Part shown: piece after piece, positions 19,302 through 28,266 of the stretch
Position numbering within the stretch: the stretch's first letter is position 1
Layout of the letters: every line of letters starts with the position of its first letter
Source of the DNA: a virus
Taxonomy: Duplodnaviria; Caudoviricetes
DNA: 54,112 nucleotides
IMG/VR virus record: IMGVR_UViG_3300035704_000012
Location: 1-54,112 of that record
Strand: one strand, 5' to 3'
Notes under the pieces: generated by a model
Databases searched by the model: none
What the model was told of the DNA's origin: nothing
The model's input: only the letters and a program-made list of their open reading frames with translations
Translations under genes and position numbers: made by a program

Positions 19302-20312
19302 ATGACTGCAGTCAACCCGCCATGGGCCTGCCAAGGCCGTTCTGACCACCCAGCACAACTGGTCAGAATGGCTCAGGCTGGTGCTACTGGTGCTCCGTTC
19401 GCGCTAGGTGGTACCTCTCCAGTAGGTGGCGTAGATCCTTACTTCGGTGCAGCTGCACTCATTACCGGTCTGGCATCTCTGAACGTCCAGGTCGGTACTG
19501 GTCTTATCTACATTCCCAACACTACGGCGTGGAACGGAATGTATGCAGGTTACAACACTGCAAACTTCAACGTCTCCATCGCTGCAGCTTCGAGTACGCA
19601 GTGGCGCACTGACCGTGTCGACGCCGTCTGCACAGACCCAGGTGACGCTACCGCTGCCTGGAATGCAGTAGTCACCACTGGTACGTTCTCGTCTAGCTCG
19701 CCTGGTGCAACGCCTGCCGCTCCTGCCAACTCGATACCACTGGCACTGATTCGTGTTGTGCCTAACATGACTGTCACCAACGGTGGTGGCACTGTCGTGG
19801 ACAATCGAACCATGAACGGGCTCAAGGGTGTATGGCCGACCACGTCAGCTCTTAGGCCGTCGCTGTCTTGTCCCAACGGGACAATGTGGTACGAGAGCGA
19901 CACGCAGGCACTGGGTGTCATAGTCGCAGGAGCTTATAGGTACATCAACGTTACTGCTCCTGCAGTACAGGACCCCTGGCACAACTTCAACCCACTCGTT
20001 ACGGGTTGGTCGGTTCCTGTGAGCGGTTTCGCCAAGTACAGGAAGACCTTCGACAATGAGGTGCAAATTACAGCCTCTCTCGCCACGACGACTGGAACAG
20101 CCGGCGACAACCTTGTAACCATTACATCGTCAGCACTGCCTGCGGGCTACCGTCCTATTAACAACCACCCATTCGCTGTCGCTACGAACATTCCTGCTAC
20201 TGCTCGACAGGCTTTTGGTCAGCTATTGACTACCGGCCACATCCAGCTCAACGACGTGTCTACTACAGCAAGTAACGTGTGGTGGGAAGTCAAGATTCCT
20301 TTGGATGTGTGA
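19302..20312 (+). CDS. Minor tail protein
   Basis: RTDRV, PANSIPLALIRV and LPAGYRP motifs. Confidence 0.78.
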   Translation: MTAVNPPWACQGRSDHPAQLVRMAQAGATGAPFALGGTSPVGGVDPYFGAAALITGLASLNVQVGTGLIYIPNTTAWNGMYAGYNTANFNVSIAAASSTQWRTDRVDAVCTDPGDATAAWNAVVTTGTFSSSSPGATPAAPANSIPLALIRVVPNMTVTNGGGTVVDNRTMNGLKGVWPTTSALRPSLSCPNGTMWYESDTQALGVIVAGAYRYINVTAPAVQDPWHNFNPLVTGWSVPVSGFAKYRKTFDNEVQITASLATTTGTAGDNLVTITSSALPAGYRPINNHPFAVATNIPATARQAFGQLLTTGHIQLNDVSTTASNVWWEVKIPLDV

Positions 20313-21424
20313 TGGTAGCACACTACACGTACTTGGCGACGGACCTGGTAAGCAATGCTATTCTGGGTGAGCTACCTGTCAACAACGTTTCCCTAGACTG
20401 TCAACTGAATAAGCCTGGCAACATGAATGCAGGCATGCGCTTGGACGATAAGCGCGTTAGCAACGATGAGCTGCTGTCCAGGTGCACTCCTGGCAAGACG
20501 GCGTTTTGGGTATACAGGGAGAACCAGATTGTCTGGGGCGGAATCGTTCTCAGTCGTGAGTACCAGTCGAATGGTAAGTCGTTGACCTTGACAGGTCAGA
20601 CATTCGAGGTCTATGCGACGAGAAGGTTTCCGCGTCTAATCCTTGGCAAGACCACACAGAACCTGAAACTGGGCCAGGCCGCCACAATCGACTACCTTTG
20701 GCATCAGCTACAGAACGTCACTGCAGGTAACATTGGTGTGAATGCTCTAGCAGCTATACCTCTGATCGACCCAGTCGTTCAGCTTACTATCAACGGGTAT
20801 GACTTGTCAACCTCGTATGACGACTTGATCCAGTCCGTAGTGACACAGAGTACTGGACCTGACTATACCATCGCTTGGTACGAAGATGGAGATGGGTTGC
20901 CACAGAAGCAGCTAGTCGTTGCAACGCCTATTGGTAACCCAGTTGGCCAGACGGATCTAACGGTTGACTATCCTGGACCGATAGCCGACTACATCTACAC
21001 TGAGAACTCATCGTCAGGAAACAACCAATGGTGGGCTGTAGGGGACGGCGACGGCGCTGCGGCTATTGTTGGCTCAGCAGGGGACCCTGTTTCGCGGGCG
21101 TCTGGGTACCCGATCTGGGAAGGTGTGAACAGCTACACTGGTGTTACGGACCAGGCGACGATAACGAGTCATGCGATCTCGGACTTGAGCTCTCTCCCTG
21201 TACCGATCGTGACACACCACGTCGACCTCCTGGGTGCAGCCTTCCCGATGTTCGGGTCTTATGGCATGGGCGACTACGTCGTAGCGAACGTGACTGATGC
21301 GCGTTTCCCAGAGGGCAACACCTTTAAGGTACGTGCGGTCGGATGGACGATTCAGCCTCCAGACGAAGGACAGGGCACCGAGCAAATCGCTCTCGTCTTC
21401 GATGAAGCTACTGGTGGTGACTAA
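20312..21424 (+). CDS. Minor tail/baseplate hub protein
   Basis: TGATG coupling; LGELP, VWGGIV and YGMGD motifs. Confidence 0.78.
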   Translation: MVAHYTYLATDLVSNAILGELPVNNVSLDCQLNKPGNMNAGMRLDDKRVSNDELLSRCTPGKTAFWVYRENQIVWGGIVLSREYQSNGKSLTLTGQTFEVYATRRFPRLILGKTTQNLKLGQAATIDYLWHQLQNVTAGNIGVNALAAIPLIDPVVQLTINGYDLSTSYDDLIQSVVTQSTGPDYTIAWYEDGDGLPQKQLVVATPIGNPVGQTDLTVDYPGPIADYIYTENSSSGNNQWWAVGDGDGAAAIVGSAGDPVSRASGYPIWEGVNSYTGVTDQATITSHAISDLSSLPVPIVTHHVDLLGAAFPMFGSYGMGDYVVANVTDARFPEGNTFKVRAVGWTIQPPDEGQGTEQIALVFDEATGGD

Positions 21425-22371
21425 TGCCTAGATACCAGCACGCACAGACCTTTGACATTGTAAGGTCTGTGAGAGGTGCACAGAATGATATCAGGTCCTT
21501 GCAGGTCCAGAACGCTGGAGTCGTACGCAAGAGTCTGAACCAGGTATCTGCGTCACTGAGTCTGAATCCGTACTTCTGGGGTATGGACGATACTGGTTGG
21601 GAAGCTACAGCAGGTACGTTTACAGTCGTAAGCGATCCGCCCGATCCTTCGCCGTACCCCTACGCAGGATTGTACGTCAACGATGGTTCCGGTGCTGGTG
21701 CGTTGATGTTGTCAGACACGCCATTTCCTGTCATACCATCGCAACAGTATCAGGTCCAAGCGTATGTCAACTCCAGTGTCTCGACGGTGCAGATAGGCTT
21801 TGATTTCGAGGATGTGACAAACACCGTCATTGCAGGACCAACTAACCTGTCGATAACGGTTACGCCAAACACTTGGACTCTGATCTCGGCTGTGTTGCAG
21901 GCTCCTGCAACTGCTGCCTTTGCCTATCCACGAGTCGGATCTGCTTCGGGTGACTTTGGTCAGACGTATGTGACTAGCATCGTTACGCAGCTGTCGACTG
22001 CTGCTTTCCAGCCTGGCAGTTCTCCGTCAGTTCCCGAGACTTGGCACGCAATGGGTGCGTTCAATGCCAACTTCTCTCACGGCTCGCCTGCTCCTGCTTA
22101 CAAGCTATACGCTGACAACACTGTAGGTCTAGCAGGTCTTGTTAGCGTTGTGTCGGGGACGACTAGTGGGACGGTCATCACCCTTCCGACGGCATACTTT
22201 CCTATCTCCACCAAAAAGTGGGCTGTGCCAATCAGCGCCGGAACGCCTGCTTCTACCGCCAACGTGCAGGTTACTGTCAACACAAGCGGACAGATCATTC
22301 TGAGTGCAGGGCCAACAGGCGCTGCTTATTCATTCGCTCTTGACACTATTAGGTACCCACTCGACTATTAG
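21424..22371 (+). CDS. Minor tail protein with CBM-like domain (candidate receptor binding)
   Basis: LNPYF...GW, PNTWT..S..LQAPATA jelly-roll pattern; C-terminal TLPTAYFP. Confidence 0.68.
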   Translation: MPRYQHAQTFDIVRSVRGAQNDIRSLQVQNAGVVRKSLNQVSASLSLNPYFWGMDDTGWEATAGTFTVVSDPPDPSPYPYAGLYVNDGSGAGALMLSDTPFPVIPSQQYQVQAYVNSSVSTVQIGFDFEDVTNTVIAGPTNLSITVTPNTWTLISAVLQAPATAAFAYPRVGSASGDFGQTYVTSIVTQLSTAAFQPGSSPSVPETWHAMGAFNANFSHGSPAPAYKLYADNTVGLAGLVSVVSGTTSGTVITLPTAYFPISTKKWAVPISAGTPASTANVQVTVNTSGQIILSAGPTGAAYSFALDTIRYPLDY

Positions 22372-22381
22372 GGGAGAGTTA

Positions 22382-22657
22382 ATGCCTATTAACGTACCCA
22401 ATTCCGGTGCATACCAGCAGCAGCTTGGACAGCACGTGACCCAGTTCCGTGATGCGCTGCAGCAACTGTTGAACGACGCAGCTTACCTTCAGTCGATGGG
22501 GGGTTCCGCCTTCCTGCAGGCAGCACCGTTCAACATGAGTCAAGTCGATGCTGACAAGATCATGGCTACCGTAGGAGCTGTTACACCTCAGAACAGCGTC
22601 GTGTCGAGCCTGCAGGCTTGGATAGCTACAACACAACCACTATGGGGCGGGCAATAA
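22382..22657 (+). CDS. Hypothetical protein
   Basis: RBS GGGGAG; helical ORF at the end of the tail module. Confidence 0.7.
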   Translation: MPINVPNSGAYQQQLGQHVTQFRDALQQLLNDAAYLQSMGGSAFLQAAPFNMSQVDADKIMATVGAVTPQNSVVSSLQAWIATTQPLWGGQ

Positions 22658-22666
22658 GGAGATGGT

Positions 22667-22948
22667 ATGCAGATCGGTGACTTCCTGTCACTCATTGGCG
22701 GGAGCACTGGTGGATCGGCTATCGTCTTCTTCATCCTATGGATGTGCGGGCTCATCCATACCAAGGCAGCCATGGATGAGAAGAAGGAAGAAATCGCCGA
22801 GCTGAAGGAAACGATCCGACTAGAGCGTGTACGAGGAGACTCGGCGGTCTTGACAGGCCAGATAGTCAGAGACGTTATGACTACCCTCCACAGGGAGATT
22901 GAGCATTTATGTGGAGCATCCGTGAATGGTGGCGATCAAGGGACATGA
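22667..22948 (+). CDS. Membrane protein of the lysis cassette (1 TM + coiled coil); may effectively end at TTA 22907-22909
   Basis: N-terminal TM and helical tail; RBS AAGGAG. Confidence 0.7.
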   Translation: MQIGDFLSLIGGSTGGSAIVFFILWMCGLIHTKAAMDEKKEEIAELKETIRLERVRGDSAVLTGQIVRDVMTTLHREIEHLCGASVNGGDQGT

Positions 22949-23115
22949 AGAGTGACCTAGAAGAGGCTCGTCAGGAACGAGAACTATCACAGCGGCGTTT
23001 GGACGAGGCAAAGATACAGGTAATAGTACCTCTGTCTGCCCTTCGTGAAGAGAATCACATTACAGAACTGGTGCGCAAAGCATTCCAACGTAGACCCAAT
23101 GAGGTGGATAAGTGA
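22909..23115 (+). CDS. Small lysis-cassette protein
   Basis: RBS GGGAG; LREENH motif typical of actinophage lysis modules. Confidence 0.7.
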   Translation: MWSIREWWRSRDMKSDLEEARQERELSQRRLDEAKIQVIVPLSALREENHITELVRKAFQRRPNEVDK

Positions 23116-23489
23116 CGCAACTCCAGTTTCTCAACGACTGGATTCAGGATGCAGTCTTTATCGGTTTCCTGTCGGCAGCGCTGTTTCCACTCGTGGGGAT
23201 CTACTTCCCATGGTGGCGTCACGCGTTCGGTTGGAATCTGATCGCGTTCGACTTCGCTGTTGCCGTAGCACTGTTTCCTGCGTTCCTGCACAGAGTGTTC
23301 GGCGTACCGGTTGCAGGGCTCTTCTATATCTACGTGGTCGCGGTAGCATTGACACTGGTACCTATCATCGTGGTTTGGAGAGCACACGTACTTTACCAGG
23401 AACAGAAGCGAGGCGCAGAGGAGGTGGCGCGACAGAGGCTAATACGACAGTCCCAACAGGAAGACAAAGACAGCCAGAGGGAGGCATAA
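23112..23489 (+). CDS. 3-TM putative holin
   Basis: Three hydrophobic helices, PWWR..FGW motif; adjacent to the endolysin. Confidence 0.65.
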   Translation: MTQLQFLNDWIQDAVFIGFLSAALFPLVGIYFPWWRHAFGWNLIAFDFAVAVALFPAFLHRVFGVPVAGLFYIYVVAVALTLVPIIVVWRAHVLYQEQKRGAEEVARQRLIRQSQQEDKDSQREA

Positions 23490-23490
23490 C

Positions 23491-24471
23491 ATGACTGTCA
23501 AAATGCCGGATGTGAGTGAATTCCAATCCGGCCCAACAGCACCAAACTGGGGCGGTATAAAGTCCCAGAACGGAGGTGCTACGATCATTCGAGTCGGGTA
23601 TGGGATCACTCATCTCGACGGAATGTTCGTCAGCAACTACACGGCTCTGAAGAGCAACAACTTCGCCTTCAAGGGCCTGTACCACTACCTACGAGCCGAC
23701 CAGGATGCGCACGCCCAAGCCGTCGCGTTCTGCAACTGGGTCGGCCCGCTCTCAGCCCTGGCTCCAGGTTCGATTCCGATGCTCGACCTGGAGGAAGGAA
23801 GTGGCAACCAGCTCAGTCGCGCCAACACGTGGTTGAACTTCGTCGACCACTTCTACGGGCTCGACAAGCTCACGCTCGACCAGAGGTCGTGGCTGTACAG
23901 CGGAGAGAGCTTCGCAGTCAGCAGCGGCCTAACGCCGATCTTCAACTCGGCTCGGCACACATGGGTCGCGGCCTACCGCGCCTCCGAACCTACGCTTCCA
24001 CACACCCTGTGGCAGTCGACGGACGGTCAGGTCGGCGCCAACATCACCAACTGGAGTGGATGCGGGAAGGTCGACACGTCGATCACCAGCTACTCACTCA
24101 CGGAGCTGGCAGCTATGGCCTACCAGCCAACAGTCGTCAACCCCCCACCGCCGCACCTGACCATCTCCGAGGAGGAGAACATGATCGCTGCAGACAGGAA
24201 GACCACTGCCGTCTCATTCGGAGGGGGCCAGTACGACTGGATCGCCTTCTTCAGCGACCCTGGCGTCGAGAGCAAGGGCGACCAGTCGCTCCGGCTCGCG
24301 ATGTACGCCTCAGGCGCGTTCACCGTCGCCAACATCACCGTCGGACCGAGCAGCGAGAAGGTCACGGTCTCGCTACCTGCAGGCTGCTCCGGCATCGGGA
24401 TCTCGCGGCCGGGTCAGGACCCCGACGGTACGCTCTGGGCTCCTGTCGCCTGGAACCTCGGCGCGAACTGA
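23491..24471 (+). CDS. GH25 muramidase endolysin
   Basis: DVSEFQ, GLYHY, LDLEE, WVAAY and LWQ..D motifs. Confidence 0.92.
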   Translation: MTVKMPDVSEFQSGPTAPNWGGIKSQNGGATIIRVGYGITHLDGMFVSNYTALKSNNFAFKGLYHYLRADQDAHAQAVAFCNWVGPLSALAPGSIPMLDLEEGSGNQLSRANTWLNFVDHFYGLDKLTLDQRSWLYSGESFAVSSGLTPIFNSARHTWVAAYRASEPTLPHTLWQSTDGQVGANITNWSGCGKVDTSITSYSLTELAAMAYQPTVVNPPPPHLTISEEENMIAADRKTTAVSFGGGQYDWIAFFSDPGVESKGDQSLRLAMYASGAFTVANITVGPSSEKVTVSLPAGCSGIGISRPGQDPDGTLWAPVAWNLGAN

Positions 24472-24743
24472 TGGCAGGGCCCATCGAGCGCAAGGTCACA
24501 GCCTCATCCTACACGGCAGCAGCCTCTGGGCTGGTACTATGGGCGCTTGGCACTTACGTGTTCAAGGGCAACGTGCCTGACGTCGTCGTCTCCTGGGTCT
24601 ACGTGCTGGTACCAGCTCTCGCCACCTTCGCGACAGGGTACCTGACCAAGCACACAGTCAGGGTCGACCTTCTGCCAAAGAACGTACCAGCTCCGCCACC
24701 TCCAGCTGCACCCAAGGAGGTCGTGACTCCTCCTGTTACGTAG
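24471..24743 (+). CDS. Holin (2 TM, actinophage type)
   Basis: IERKVTAS...FATGYLTKHT; TGATG-coupled to the endolysin. Confidence 0.78.
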   Translation: MAGPIERKVTASSYTAAASGLVLWALGTYVFKGNVPDVVVSWVYVLVPALATFATGYLTKHTVRVDLLPKNVPAPPPPAAPKEVVTPPVT

Positions 24744-24755
24744 GAGGTTAGTTCT

Positions 24756-24805
24756 CCTAGCCTGGTCCCCGGCGCTGCCGTGCCGTCCCTCGGGGCCAGG
24801 CTAGG
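24756..24805. terminator. Probable bidirectional terminator hairpin between the convergent arms
   Basis: CCTAGCCTGGTCCCCG ... CGGGGCCAGGCTAGG inverted repeat. Confidence 0.7.
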
Positions 24806-25283
24806 GGTCTGTTCGCATCATCTCAAGAAGGAGTAGCCTCATGGTGCTGAACTCCTTAGGAGCGTAGAAGCAAATCCAGTAGAGTGCATGGCGCATAGCA
24901 TCGTTGGCATGCTTCCACTTTGACACTGGTGTGATAATAAGCGTAGTCATGGCGAGTTTGTCATTGGGTGCCCAGTTCTTGGCCATGTCTGCACCTTGCC
25001 ACACAACCTTGACGTCGAACAGCTGTGCGTATAGCTTGACGATGCCGATGTACTCGAGGGAGATCATCTTGGCTGCAGCATCTCCCGAATTGTCGAATCG
25101 CTCACATACGATGGTGTCCGGGTGCTCGTGGACGAGAAAAGTCCACAGCCTCTTGTGATGCGCACTGTTGTTTCCTATATGGATTGCCTTGAAGTGCTTC
25201 CGGACGAATCCCTGCGTATGTCCATCGAAGTTGATGATGACGATGCCCGTAGTGCCACCGGGGTCGATGACAATGATCTTCAC
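24801..25283 (-). CDS. RuvC-like Holliday junction resolvase
   Basis: IDPGGTTG, VCERF and HANDAMRHA motifs. Confidence 0.8.
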   Translation of the reverse strand: MKIIVIDPGGTTGIVIINFDGHTQGFVRKHFKAIHIGNNSAHHKRLWTFLVHEHPDTIVCERFDNSGDAAAKMISLEYIGIVKLYAQLFDVKVVWQGADMAKNWAPNDKLAMTTLIITPVSKWKHANDAMRHALYWICFYAPKEFSTMRLLLLEMMRTDP

Positions 25284-25312
25284 GTATGTCCCTCTGTAGT
25301 CTATTCCTAAGT

Positions 25313-25416
25313 TTAGACTTTGTTAGACCGCTTGCGTCCAGCACCCGTAAGTAAGGTGCGAGAGCTATGGTTTAAGTTTGTTAGACGCTAGTAGACTGCG
25401 GTCTATAAGAGTCTAA
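25313..25416. repeat. TTAGAC-repeat element, copy 1
   Basis: Six (T/G)TAGAC or GTCTA(A/T) hexamers in 10-bp-spaced pairs around a GTCCAGCACC..GGTGCG core; homologous to 45659-45764 in inverted orientation. Confidence 0.8.
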
Positions 25417-25418
25417 AC

Positions 25419-25742
25419 TCAGGGAGCTTTCTGAGAAGTGAGAATCTTGACGAGCTCCTCTCGTTCGGCTTGGAGCTCCTCGATCTGGGCATCGATCGTA
25501 TCGATACGTGACTGCGGTCCTTTTCGGTCTCCGCGAGTACGTAGTTCGAGGTTGTCGATGCCGTAGTGACTTCTATCGCCGTCTACGAACTTGACATACT
25601 CGTGAGGCAGGAGAGGACGGCCCAGCTTCTCCTCCATGTTGATGACGTGAGTAGCTCTCCAGCCAGTCTCCGTCTTGGTGTGATGGTAACCGTTCTGGTT
25701 GATGAATGTGTCGCCTATAGCTGCTGCTACGCCTTTAGGCAT
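25419..25742 (-). CDS. HNH-like protein, probably catalytically degenerate, with coiled-coil tail
   Basis: GY...H...LGRPL...DGD..DNL scaffold, but KF/SHY in place of the usual HH/N residues. Confidence 0.6.
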   Translation of the reverse strand: MPKGVAAAIGDTFINQNGYHHTKTETGWRATHVINMEEKLGRPLLPHEYVKFVDGDRSHYGIDNLELRTRGDRKGPQSRIDTIDAQIEELQAEREELVKILTSQKAP

Positions 25743-25905
25743 GCTTCGCACAACTCCTTACAGTAGCAGTATTGCATTGACGGAAACTTATCCCGCTCTC
25801 TTTTGGTCGATAGCATTCGTGCATTGCGTCTGGCACGTAGCGCACCTTCCAAGTCGCCTTTGACTCCTCGCAATCTAGCGACGTGAAGCCAGAGATGGTA
25901 AGTGT

Positions 25906-28266
25906 TCAGAGCTGGCCCCAATCTGTTCCGGTTGTGATGTCGACGTCGATGTTAACGTAGTTACCTACGACCAGCTTGCCTGACTTGATCATGTTGTCTA
26001 CGACTATGTCTGATACCTTACCTAGGTCGTTCGGATGGGTCTCGATTAGCATCGAGTCGTGTACGAGGTTACGTACCTGCCCTATGCCCTTAAGAGCTGG
26101 CCTTACCCAAGTGAAAGCCTGGAGGCATGTGTCCGAAGCGATCGACTGAGGTTTGAACGCCAAAGCCTCGTTTAGGATCTCGTGTTTGTTGTCCTTGGTG
26201 ATCAGAGTGAATCGTCGATGTCTTCCGAAACAAGTCGTGAGATCCTTTCCATCCAGGACTGCGCGGCGAGTTTCTTCACGAAAGTCAACAACCCTGGGAA
26301 TGACAGCAAAAAACGCACGCATTCCTCTCTGAGCTTCTGGGACTGACATGCCATGCTCTTCTGCAATGGATTTGGCTTCTCGTCCATATCCGAGTCCGTA
26401 GAAGTATGCCTTGACACGGATCCTCAACTCCTTCATCTGTGCCTTGTCGAGATGTGATACGTCGCCGTAGAGAACACCTGTTAGTTCGTCGAATAGGTCC
26501 CGAGTAGGATCGTTGAAGATGTCACGCAGGTACGGTTCCTGTGCGAGCCAGGTCAGTACACGTGCCTCGATCTGCTTGTAGTCGAACTGTACGAATATGT
26601 TCCCAGGAGTACAAGGCACGAATTGCTTACGGAGTCGCCATCCGCGAGTGATGTTCTGGATGTTCGGGTTTCTGGAACTCAAGCGCCCTGTGGTAGTGCC
26701 GTGAAGTAGGTACGTGGGAAACAGGCGTCCCTTGTACAGCCGAAGTCGAATGCCCTTGACATAGGTACCGTAGGACTTGGCATCTAGTCGGTGCTCTGCG
26801 AGACAGGATAGGAAGTCGTAGTACTCGCCCCATGGCTCGCACTTCTCCAGCAAGTGCTCGATCGTTTCCTTGTCCGTAGTCTTTGCCCACTCGCCCTTCT
26901 GGTTGCGCTTGCGTGGCACTCGGATATGGAATACTTCTTCTAGTACCTCTACGATCTGCTTAGGCGAATTCGGATTGAAGGCGTGACGTCCTGACGTGAG
27001 TTGCATGTCACGACGCAACACAGAAAGACGACGTATGTAAAACCTTTCCAGTTCCGCGTTATAGGGCTTGTCGACTCCGATGCCGTTGAGCTCGGGGTAC
27101 ATGAGCTCGTTGGAGGCTCTGACGAGGAAATCATGAAGGGCTCGAAGTCCAGGCTCCTTCTCCATGAGAGTGGTGAAAAGCTGCCATAGCGCGTATGTAG
27201 CAGCGCAGTCGTAGGCGTTGTAACGGTAAAGGATGTCACGGGGTATTGCTCCATAGCCTACCTTCGGTGATAGGTACTGCTTGATCTCGTCGTCGTAGCG
27301 TGGTGCACCTAGTAGCTCGACGGCTAGGTACTTGAGGCCGTGAATTCCTCGTCGCTCATCGAGGCAGTATGAAGCCAGCATCGTGTCGAACCAGAGACGG
27401 ATTGAGCCCAGGCGATGGAAGAGCCCACCAAGGTCGAACTTTCCATTCTGTGCAATGACGCGGTTGTGAGAGCGAAGGTATTGCCCCAGACGTGACATGA
27501 AACGAATATCGTTACATACCGTTTCGCCGAAGACCACGACTTTGCCGGGAGCATAACCGACTCCGATACAAAGGAGTTTGTAATGCGACGCATGTTCGAA
27601 TGTCACATCCTTGTCTACGTCGGTTTCGATGTCGACAGTGATTGGCGTCATAGGCAGTTCGTCTACTGCCTTGAGAGCCGTCTCTACATCGTCGATGACT
27701 ACGAAGAGCGGCTCGGTCCAGTCATCAGTCGGCCTGAACAGCTTGCCGAAGTCGTTGACTATGGATGGGAAGAAAGCGTCCCCTTTTGGTCGTAGGCAGG
27801 CTGCGGGGTGTAGGGTTGGTATGACTGAAAGTCCAAGCTCCGGTACTTCCCTCGGCGGCCCGACACGTAGCTTCGTGATACCGCCTGAAGTGCCCAGGAG
27901 CGTTCCGGCCGCACTGTTACCCATAGCCACAACCGTTTTGACACCGTGGTCTTGTAGCTCCTGAAGCAGACGGGGCCTACACGAACGTATCGCTGTCTGG
28001 GAGGGCGTCGCATTGTCGGGAGGCCTACAGAGGCAAGCATTCGTGAGTAGGGTGGCGGACCTGTCGATGTGGTAGTGCTCCATGATCTTGTCGAGGAGCT
28101 TACCGGAGACCCCCACAAAAGGACGTCCGAGGCGTGCCTCGTTCGCTCCTGGAGCTTCCCCAAGTACACACAGGCTAGCCTTTTCAGGTCCCTCTGAAGG
28201 AACGAATCGGCCGATGTCATTCAGATCGCACTCCTCACATAGTGCGGCCGGATGCTTCCTGGCCAT
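25906..28266 (-). CDS. polA: Family A DNA polymerase with N-terminal family-4 uracil-DNA glycosylase domain
   Basis: GEAPG, CRPPDN, HPAA (UDG); DIET exonuclease; TTGRLSS, DYKQIEAR, YGLGYG and VHDS (Pol A). Confidence 0.95.
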   Translation of the reverse strand: MARKHPAALCEECDLNDIGRFVPSEGPEKASLCVLGEAPGANEARLGRPFVGVSGKLLDKIMEHYHIDRSATLLTNACLCRPPDNATPSQTAIRSCRPRLLQELQDHGVKTVVAMGNSAAGTLLGTSGGITKLRVGPPREVPELGLSVIPTLHPAACLRPKGDAFFPSIVNDFGKLFRPTDDWTEPLFVVIDDVETALKAVDELPMTPITVDIETDVDKDVTFEHASHYKLLCIGVGYAPGKVVVFGETVCNDIRFMSRLGQYLRSHNRVIAQNGKFDLGGLFHRLGSIRLWFDTMLASYCLDERRGIHGLKYLAVELLGAPRYDDEIKQYLSPKVGYGAIPRDILYRYNAYDCAATYALWQLFTTLMEKEPGLRALHDFLVRASNELMYPELNGIGVDKPYNAELERFYIRRLSVLRRDMQLTSGRHAFNPNSPKQIVEVLEEVFHIRVPRKRNQKGEWAKTTDKETIEHLLEKCEPWGEYYDFLSCLAEHRLDAKSYGTYVKGIRLRLYKGRLFPTYLLHGTTTGRLSSRNPNIQNITRGWRLRKQFVPCTPGNIFVQFDYKQIEARVLTWLAQEPYLRDIFNDPTRDLFDELTGVLYGDVSHLDKAQMKELRIRVKAYFYGLGYGREAKSIAEEHGMSVPEAQRGMRAFFAVIPRVVDFREETRRAVLDGKDLTTCFGRHRRFTLITKDNKHEILNEALAFKPQSIASDTCLQAFTWVRPALKGIGQVRNLVHDSMLIETHPNDLGKVSDIVVDNMIKSGKLVVGNYVNIDVDITTGTDWGQL

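Noticed and set aside
23829-24470. N-terminal part of the 304-aa ORF 23829-24743
   Set aside because: Overlaps the endolysin out of frame; only the part from ATG 24471 looks like a holin.
807-24743. Genome-wide TAG/TGA stop-codon reassignment
   Set aside because: Core genes are full-length in the standard code, and all three stops are used at coupled junctions.
25313-25416. CRISPR array or attP interpretation of the TTAGAC repeats
   Set aside because: Repeats are 6 bp with 4-5 bp gaps, with no spacer structure. No integrase was recognised, so attP is unsupported.
25727-25921. 64-aa ORF filling the gap after polA
   Set aside because: May be real, but the start (TTG inside polA) and RBS are unconvincing.
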